The notes under the pieces are model-generated. The model was not told the DNA's origin, made no database searches, and saw only the letters and a list, made by a program, of their open reading frames with translations. The position numbers were made by a program, and so were the translations under genes. A stretch of DNA of 64,000 bases, from contig JAKFXL010000017.1 of assembly GCA_021731365.1 (NCBI GenBank), positions 41,755-105,754 on the forward strand, in the 5' to 3' direction. This stretch comes from Gammaproteobacteria bacterium. GTDB taxonomy: Bacteria; Pseudomonadota; Gammaproteobacteria; Tenderiales; Tenderiaceae. Of this stretch, positions 1 to 6,337 are shown piece by piece. How positions within the stretch are numbered: position 1 is the first letter of the stretch; every line of letters begins with the position of its first letter.

Positions 1-126
1 GTTTTCCAGGGGGGTGATGGTGGTCTTCCCCGCTTTGCGACGGACAACCGTGAGGGTGGCGGTCTGGCGGTCACCGGCGTAATAGGCCAACGCAAAATCG
101 ATATTTTTGTTTTCTGGTACGCTCAT
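1..126 (-). CDS. hypothetical small protein, truncated by the window edge (N-terminus MSVPENKNIDFALAYYAGDRQTATLTVVRRKAGKTTITPLEN...)
   Basis: Open frame on the minus strand with ATG at 126..124 preceded by AGGAAG; runs off the window start. Co-oriented immediately downstream of the 103-aa ORF and tae4. No family recognised. Confidence 0.3.
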   Translation of the reverse strand, partial: MSVPENKNIDFALAYYAGDRQTATLTVVRRKAGKTTITPLEN

Positions 127-175
127 CTTCCTGCCTCTGATCTGTAAAACACGTGTGAATAGGGTTGTAATGGGG

Positions 176-487
176 CTATTCTGCCGTCGTTACAACCTCT
201 TGTATGAGGACCCAGGGGGCGACCACAACGGTCCAGAAGTCCGGCTGGCGTTCAACCCAGTCTCGGGCATCGTCGAGGGTTGGGTGGCCAATTTGCCCCG
301 CTTCCATCCATGTTGCCACGGCGGGTTTATCATCTTGAATGATCTGTGTGGCGGCTTCAATCAAGTCTAAATTGGTGGCGACCTTGATGACGACACCCCG
401 TGCGAAGTGGCGCTCCAGTTCAGGCCACGCCAGTCGTGCGGTCTCAGCATTGAGGCGGATACGCAGTGTTTCTTTTGATTCATCCAT
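176..487 (-). CDS. hypothetical 103-aa acidic cytoplasmic protein (possible orphan immunity or antitoxin-like)
   Basis: Six-frame ORF with native-like GC and protein-like composition and no signal peptide. Lies directly downstream of tae4 on the same strand, 49 bp before the next small ORF. Confidence 0.4.
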   Translation of the reverse strand: MDESKETLRIRLNAETARLAWPELERHFARGVVIKVATNLDLIEAATQIIQDDKPAVATWMEAGQIGHPTLDDARDWVERQPDFWTVVVAPWVLIQEVVTTAE

Positions 488-586
488 GGTGATCTACGCT
501 CTGTTGAATAGTCTGCAGGTCGATATATCGCCACAAACGAGCGTTGCGGAGATTTGTCCGAGTGGATTTGTATTGTTAGCCATTTT

Positions 587-1090
587 TTATGTCAACGGCC
601 AAAACCATATTTCCTTGGATGAAAAATAACATGCAGAGTTACAGACCTGTACAGCATTGGACGTTTCTATCAAGTCAATGTGACCACCACCATAACCTGT
701 TACCTTCCAGAATAAGACCACACCTTTTTTTCCACTCAGTCGTACAACGGCATTACTAGGACTGATCAGTTCTGGTCTCCCAAACAATTGTGGCTTTGCT
801 AGCTGATCAGCCAAAAGTTTTGCACCCGGCTCAATCATTCTTCCTTTATTTGGTCCATCTTTAATTTTTAACCGGCCAGAAAAGTTCATGCCAGACTTTG
901 TTAGGGCAAGACTCATTCTGACTGCGCAGGTGTTTACATAACCCGGGTTTTGCTTTTTCAACTCTTCAATATCATATCCGATTAGCTTATATATCTCTTC
1001 ACCGCTCATGAAGTTTGAATTGTGTTTGTTTGATGAATAGTGATTAGCTTTAAGCGCCATAAAGGGAGGTTTCACTTGATACTCCTGCAT
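587..1090 (-). CDS. tae4: Type VI secretion amidase effector Tae4 family (peptidoglycan DL-endopeptidase)
   Basis: 167 aa. NTCAVRMSLALTKSG aligns with the catalytic-Cys block NACPIRMSYVLN of Salmonella Tae4 as recalled from memory. KKGVVLFWKVTGYGGGHIDLIETS aligns with the His block KKGIIVVKGHGWSNARGHVTLWNGS. Length matches. The gene sits in an AT-rich islet, unlike the flanking genes. Confidence 0.75.
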   Translation of the reverse strand: MQEYQVKPPFMALKANHYSSNKHNSNFMSGEEIYKLIGYDIEELKKQNPGYVNTCAVRMSLALTKSGMNFSGRLKIKDGPNKGRMIEPGAKLLADQLAKPQLFGRPELISPSNAVVRLSGKKGVVLFWKVTGYGGGHIDLIETSNAVQVCNSACYFSSKEIWFWPLT

Positions 1091-1494
1091 GGAAATTGTT
1101 TTCGGAGGATTTTTTTAATTACAGTTGCTGCTCGCTCATTAAGCTGATTATCTGTAAGTTTTCTAAATTCTACAAAAATTGTTTCGTCAATAGTTATGGT
1201 TTTATATGTTTTATAGTCACACCACTCATTTCCTTCTGTTGCATCAAGAACCCCTAGCAAATAAAGCTCTGCGTATCTTCTTTCTTCTACAGAGCCACTC
1301 ATTGAAGTATTAAAATAATCTCTTGCTGTGAGATTTGTATTTTCAATAATGATACTTTGGGTTGAATGCAAGGGCTTCGTAAAATTCGCACTGTAAGTAT
1401 TAGCGTACGATACGGTAATAACAAACACTCCAAACACAATAAATGATGCTTTTTTTATAATGCTCGGTAGTAAATCAATAATGAATTTTGACAT
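1072..1494 (-). CDS. putative Tai4/Rap1a-like periplasmic immunity protein for Tae4
   Basis: 140 aa from internal ATG at 1494 with GGAGG RBS (the track ORF extends further upstream to 1683). N-terminal hydrophobic signal/anchor MSKFIIDLLPSIIKKASFIVFGVFVITV. Motifs YAELYLLGVLDATEGNEWC and a C-terminal FPC, reminiscent of the Rap1a/Tai4 family as recalled from memory. AT-rich like tae4 and overlaps the tae4 start by 19 nt. Confidence 0.5.
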   Translation of the reverse strand: MSKFIIDLLPSIIKKASFIVFGVFVITVSYANTYSANFTKPLHSTQSIIIENTNLTARDYFNTSMSGSVEERRYAELYLLGVLDATEGNEWCDYKTYKTITIDETIFVEFRKLTDNQLNERAATVIKKILRKQFPCRSIK

Positions 1495-1568
1495 AAAACC
1501 TCCGCGGTTAAAATTTATTGGGATGGCTAACGCGCTAATGGTGCGGTATCCCGGCCCACAGGTTGTGA

Positions 1569-2387
1569 TTACGGGTTGTTCTGACTCATAAGTAGAGAGG
1601 CGCGATCGGCGGCCTGATTCAGGGCCGAGATCATGGCGTTCCCCAGTAGCTGCACGCCCCAGCGGTAGCTGCTGCTTTCGCACTGTTTGATGTGGGTCTC
1701 CAACTCCTGGTCTGAGAGGTTGCGGAAGGTGTAGAGGTAGGTCAGCTGGGTGCCCTCCCTGTACGCACCATTGAACGAGTCGCGCACCTCTTTCACCATC
1801 TTATCCATCTCGCTGCTGCCTACCCGCATATCCTCCTCCATCACGGGATTGATGGCAGTGAACACCGCCTTAAAAAAGGCCGCCTGCATATCCACGCCAA
1901 AGTCGGTGATGCGGGTTGCTTTGTCGAGCCGTGCGATCTGTTTCAGTCGCGCCGCTGATGCCGGTTTGGTTTTGAGTGTCGCTGCAAAGGCGTTGAAGTC
2001 ATCGCGGCTTTCCGGTGCGTTACTGGTGCGTTCCAGTTCGGCAATCTTTTTTGAAAGTGGTGACCGTAGCTGTTTTAGATAGGCGGCTCCCTGCTTGGGG
2101 TCGTAATGGGCCTGGATCAGCGCCAGTACATCTTTGCGAACAGCGGCGCTGGCAAAGGCCTGGTTGAAGGCTTGGCTCAAGGCCGAGTTGACCTTTGGCT
2201 CCAGCGCACCACTGCTCTGTTTCAGGGTGTTGTGGGCAAACTGTGGCACATGCTCCACCAATTTATCAAACCCGGTTTCGGTCATGATGGCGTTGATTTC
2301 ACTGCTACGTTCAGCAGCCTGGGCCAGTGACAGGGAGGCGAGGCAGAGCAGTAGGGCGGTCTGGATCAGGGTTCTTGCTTTAATCAT
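1569..2387 (-). CDS. secreted/periplasmic protein of unknown function (DUF2059-like internal repeats)
   Basis: 272 aa with a clear Sec signal peptide (LLLCLASLSLAQAAE). Helical, K/A/Q-rich, with two similar halves. Native GC. Confidence 0.45.
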   Translation of the reverse strand: MIKARTLIQTALLLCLASLSLAQAAERSSEINAIMTETGFDKLVEHVPQFAHNTLKQSSGALEPKVNSALSQAFNQAFASAAVRKDVLALIQAHYDPKQGAAYLKQLRSPLSKKIAELERTSNAPESRDDFNAFAATLKTKPASAARLKQIARLDKATRITDFGVDMQAAFFKAVFTAINPVMEEDMRVGSSEMDKMVKEVRDSFNGAYREGTQLTYLYTFRNLSDQELETHIKQCESSSYRWGVQLLGNAMISALNQAADRASLLMSQNNP

Positions 2388-2449
2388 GGTTAACCATCTG
2401 TTGTGTGGGTTGAAGGGGCGGACGCTCAGGTCCGCCGTAGGGGTTGTTA

Positions 2450-3727
2450 TCAGGCACCGTGGAATTCAGGTTTGTCCCAGAAGGCAAAGCTGAACTCTTC
2501 GATGCTCTCTTTGCAAAGGGTGATGGTTTCCATCACTTCATGGCTATCGCCGTCAATCACCGCCAGCGTGCCCTGGGTCAGGTTGGGGATGAGGATGATC
2601 GGTGACGCCTGCTGCTGTTGCAGGAAGGCGATGGGGCGACGACCGGCGGCACACGGCTCCAGCTTGATCTCATGGATCAGGGTCAGTGCAGGCAGCTTGG
2701 TGCTGTCATAAACCTGGACGATATCGTTGTGCAGGTTCTCCAGCTGAACCCCCTTGCCGGTAGAGGCACCGGTGACATAAAGACGATCACCCGTGAGGTT
2801 GAAGCGGTAGACGCTAGGGTAGAAGTCCTGGATGTCGAGGGCGGTACTGAGTTCGGTCTTGGTGACATCCAGGACACTCAAGCGGCCGATGACATGGTCA
2901 GGGTCTGCCTTGCGGTCTGCCCCCTTGCCAATCAAAAACTTACCACAACGGCTCAGGAGCAGATTACTGCTGAGTGGCATGGGTACAGTGCGCTCCACCT
3001 CGAAGGTCAGCGGATCAATCACCGCTACGCTGTTATAGCCGTTGTTGAGGTTGTAAACCTTGCCAGTGACCGGCGAGAACTCCATGCCATGGGGGAAGGC
3101 GTTGTTGGGTACACCCGCAGCCCCCTCTTTTTCAAAACGGGGATCAAATAGATTAATGGTGGTAATCACCTTAAGGAAGGTGATGGCATCGCTGGGGTCA
3201 TTGCCGACAATCGATAGGGTGCCATCCTCCAGATTGCTGATAAAGGCGCGGTGTGGAATCTGGCTATTGCCGGGAGTAGGGCGGGTAAAGGCAGAGACGT
3301 GGTGACCACGTCCGACCAACAGCGTCTCCAGTACCTCACCAGTGCCATTGGTCTTGGAGGCGACAGTCACCGTCGCGCCATTGTCACCACAGTTCAGGGT
3401 ATCGTTGCCATTCTCATCACCGTCGTTGCTGTACCAGAGACGCACTGAGCCGGGATCGCGGTAGGCGTAGTTAAAGCGGCAGTCGCTCTCTACCTGTTTG
3501 CTGGCGGTGACTGTTTTGGTCACAGGGTCCAGAATCAGGGCGCAACCCTCTGAATTGACACCAAGAAAGACCGAACGGCGGTTAAAATCACCGCCCTTGG
3601 CTGGGGCGCTGGCAAGGGTGGTGACACTGCTTTTGCCGCCTTGACGCTGCACAATCACAACCGCACCAGTGTGGTTGCCATAATCCAGATGGCAGGCGAT
3701 GTTCCAGTCGATGGCCGATGTATCCAT
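2450..3727 (-). CDS. beta-propeller repeat protein (YVTN/NHL-like), no signal peptide
   Basis: 425 aa with repeated Gly/Asp-rich ~40-residue blades (e.g. GKVYNLNNGYNSVAVID, GDRLYVTGASTGKGVQ). Head of a minus-strand gene string leading to tae4. Confidence 0.45.
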   Translation of the reverse strand: MDTSAIDWNIACHLDYGNHTGAVVIVQRQGGKSSVTTLASAPAKGGDFNRRSVFLGVNSEGCALILDPVTKTVTASKQVESDCRFNYAYRDPGSVRLWYSNDGDENGNDTLNCGDNGATVTVASKTNGTGEVLETLLVGRGHHVSAFTRPTPGNSQIPHRAFISNLEDGTLSIVGNDPSDAITFLKVITTINLFDPRFEKEGAAGVPNNAFPHGMEFSPVTGKVYNLNNGYNSVAVIDPLTFEVERTVPMPLSSNLLLSRCGKFLIGKGADRKADPDHVIGRLSVLDVTKTELSTALDIQDFYPSVYRFNLTGDRLYVTGASTGKGVQLENLHNDIVQVYDSTKLPALTLIHEIKLEPCAAGRRPIAFLQQQQASPIILIPNLTQGTLAVIDGDSHEVMETITLCKESIEEFSFAFWDKPEFHGA

Positions 3728-3849
3728 GGTTGATCTTATCCTTCAGAAGCGGGCTAAAAGTGGCTTTATGATAGCAAGGTTTGGCGTGGCTATCTTCAAA
3801 TAGTCTATAGTCCCTATGCTATTGGTGATACCCAAATGTGAAGTGCAGG

Positions 3850-4485
3850 GGATTGTTGAAATTTAACCAGGACGTGTGAAAGACCATGCAAAAAGCGGAA
3901 CCCCAACCAGCGAAAGTACAAAACCAACCGGCCTCCCAGCAGAGGGGCGGCGGGGTGGCCGACTCCCCACAGGCTGAACAGATCGCGCAACTTGAGGCGA
4001 TGGTTGCAGCCAGTTCACATCAGGCAGCGTTGCAGAAGATGGCGGACGGGATGCATAACAGCCTGCGCCAACGGACGGCGCAAAACTTTTTAGAAGGCAT
4101 CAACAACTCCCCGAAGATGGTGGCGCAACGCATGCGGCATGAGCAGATGTTCGGTGTGGCGCAGCTGGAGAAACAGGCCGAGGCCAAACCCAACAATACG
4201 GGGCTGCCGGATAACCTCAAATCCGGCATCGAGAACCTCTCCGGGATGTCGATGGACAACGTCAAGGTTCACTACAACTCGGACCAGCCCGCGCAACTCA
4301 ACGCCCTGGCCTACGCGCAAGGCAGTGACATCCACCTCGCGCCGGGGCAGGAGCAGCATCTGCCGCATGAGGCGTGGCATGTCGTCCAGCAGGCGCAGGG
4401 TCGGGTGCAGCCGACGATGCAGATGAAGGAAGGTATGCTGGTCAATGATGACAAGGGGCTGGAGCATGAGGCGGATGTGATGGGG
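3850..4485 (+). repeat. direct repeat copy 1: shared promoter-proximal plus 5' coding module of the DUF4157 paralogs
   Basis: Essentially 100% identical to 5702..6337 over ~600 nt of coding sequence plus ~36 nt upstream with a few mismatches. Identity ends abruptly after ...GATGTGATGGGGGC. Confidence 0.85.
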
Positions 4486-5619
4486 GCGAGGGCGTTGGAA
4501 TCTGCCGCGCAGCGGGTGACAAAATCGCCCGCTGAGATTGATGTTGCAGCCGGGCCTGTGATGCAGCGCTATGTGGAGGTCGGGGGCGGGGTGAGTCTTT
4601 CGGAGAACAGTGTTTTTGCCGTGAGAGGCGAGGGCAAGGGCAACGAACTGTTTGTGAAAGCGGGTACGCCATTGCCGGCATTCCAGCATGTTGCGTTGCA
4701 GGAAGGCGGCGACACGCTAAAGGTGTCCGGCGTCACGCTTGTCAAGGTGGATGCAGAGTATGAGAACGAAGACGAGTTAGCAAAGATGTATTGCGGAAAG
4801 TTTTCCGAGATGGTGACCGGGGTTAAGGAAAGCGAGGAAAATGAGACGGCGACGTCCGGTAGAAGTCTCTATGTAGATAGCCTATACGATCTTGAAGGCG
4901 ACTATGATGGGGCGTGGCAGAATCACTTCGCGCCGGTGGTTGTCGCCGATGGGTCTGATCGCGGCACCTTGGAGACGGCGGTCGGCATAGACTATATCTG
5001 GCACGGGATTTACGGCAAGAGTCGCGGGCAATCGTTCCGATATAAGACCGCCGTGGCGGATGTGGCGCTTCAACTCAGTCGTCAACGTGTGAGTCCGGAA
5101 CAGGCGCGTGAGGTGTTGGGTTATCTCGCACTCTACGTCAAGGATGGCATTCCAGATAAAGAGTCGATAACGCCACAAATTCTGGATGAGGTGCTGAAGA
5201 TTGAGACGGCGCTGAAAAGTCTTGTCGAGATAGGGTTCAAGGAACCCAAAACAACGGAACTGGGGTCAGCCAAGGAGGCGCGTGAAAAGAGAGAGGGGGA
5301 GGAGCGCAAGAAGCGCTATCTGGGTATCGTGGATGACATTAGCCAAGGCAAGCCCGGCTGGGAAGATCAAGTGAAGCAAGTGCACAAGTACACGATGCGC
5401 GCTCTGATCAGTGAGGCCCTCACGGCGAAGGATTTGACTGAGGATCAGGTGCTCAGGTTGCAGCAGGCCATGGGCATGGTTCAGGAGTCAATGTCGAACT
5501 CTAGTATAAGTTCGCGTCCGGAAAGTTCAGGTCTCTCAGGCCTGCAGGTTCTTGGCGGTCTGTCCATTTTGGCGATTGTAGGGGGGCTCTTGTACTACGC
5601 GAAATATAAGAGGAGCTAA
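3886..5619 (+). CDS. DUF4157 (zincin-like HExxH, eCIS-cargo-associated) domain protein with divergent C-terminal domain and C-terminal TM anchor
   Basis: 577 aa. Residues ~100-170 give LPDNLKSGIENLSGMSMDNVKVHYNSD...GSDIHLAPGQEQHLPHEAWHVVQQ, matching the DUF4157 consensus (FGxDFSxVRVHTD...GxDIxFAPGQY...HELTHVVQQ). Followed by LEHEADVMG. C-terminus GLQVLGGLSILAIVGGLLYYAKYKRS is a transmembrane helix. First in-frame ATG after a TGA. Confidence 0.7.
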   Translation: MQKAEPQPAKVQNQPASQQRGGGVADSPQAEQIAQLEAMVAASSHQAALQKMADGMHNSLRQRTAQNFLEGINNSPKMVAQRMRHEQMFGVAQLEKQAEAKPNNTGLPDNLKSGIENLSGMSMDNVKVHYNSDQPAQLNALAYAQGSDIHLAPGQEQHLPHEAWHVVQQAQGRVQPTMQMKEGMLVNDDKGLEHEADVMGARALESAAQRVTKSPAEIDVAAGPVMQRYVEVGGGVSLSENSVFAVRGEGKGNELFVKAGTPLPAFQHVALQEGGDTLKVSGVTLVKVDAEYENEDELAKMYCGKFSEMVTGVKESEENETATSGRSLYVDSLYDLEGDYDGAWQNHFAPVVVADGSDRGTLETAVGIDYIWHGIYGKSRGQSFRYKTAVADVALQLSRQRVSPEQAREVLGYLALYVKDGIPDKESITPQILDEVLKIETALKSLVEIGFKEPKTTELGSAKEAREKREGEERKKRYLGIVDDISQGKPGWEDQVKQVHKYTMRALISEALTAKDLTEDQVLRLQQAMGMVQESMSNSSISSRPESSGLSGLQVLGGLSILAIVGGLLYYAKYKRS

Positions 5620-5701
5620 GATGCTGGGCTGGAGTTGATTTTTGTCTGTCATAAATTCCCGCAAGGTAGTCCAGTGGCATGTACAGGGCAGCTGCTTAAA
5701 G

Positions 5702-6337
5702 GATTATTGAAATTTAATAAGGACGTGTGAAAAAGCCATGCAAAAAGCGGAACCCCAACCAGCGAAAGTACAAAACCAACCGGCCTCCCAGCAGAGGGGC
5801 GGCGGGGTGGCCGACTCCCCACAGGCTGAACAGATCGCGCAACTTGAGGCGATGGTTGCAGCCAGTTCACATCAGGCAGCGTTGCAGAAGATGGCGGACG
5901 GGATGCATAACAGCCTGCGCCAACGGACGGCGCAAAACTTTTTAGAAGGCATCAACAACTCCCCGAAGATGGTGGCGCAACGCATGCGGCATGAGCAGAT
6001 GTTCGGTGTGGCGCAGCTGGAGAAACAGGCCGAGGCCAAACCCAACAATACGGGGCTGCCGGATAACCTCAAATCCGGCATCGAGAACCTCTCCGGGATG
6101 TCGATGGACAACGTCAAGGTTCACTACAACTCGGACCAGCCCGCGCAACTCAACGCCCTGGCCTACGCGCAAGGCAGTGACATCCACCTCGCGCCGGGGC
6201 AGGAGCAGCATCTGCCGCATGAGGCGTGGCATGTCGTCCAGCAGGCGCAGGGTCGGGTGCAGCCGACGATGCAGATGAAGGAAGGTATGCTGGTCAATGA
6301 TGACAAGGGGCTGGAGCATGAGGCGGATGTGATGGGG
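5702..6337 (+). repeat. direct repeat copy 2 of the DUF4157 5' module
   Basis: See copy 1. The offset between copies is 1852 bp. Confidence 0.85.

Noticed and set aside
2420-2441. 7-bp stem hairpin GGCGGAC…GTCCGCC downstream of the beta-propeller gene
   Set aside because: No T-tract on the relevant strand; too weak to call an intrinsic terminator.
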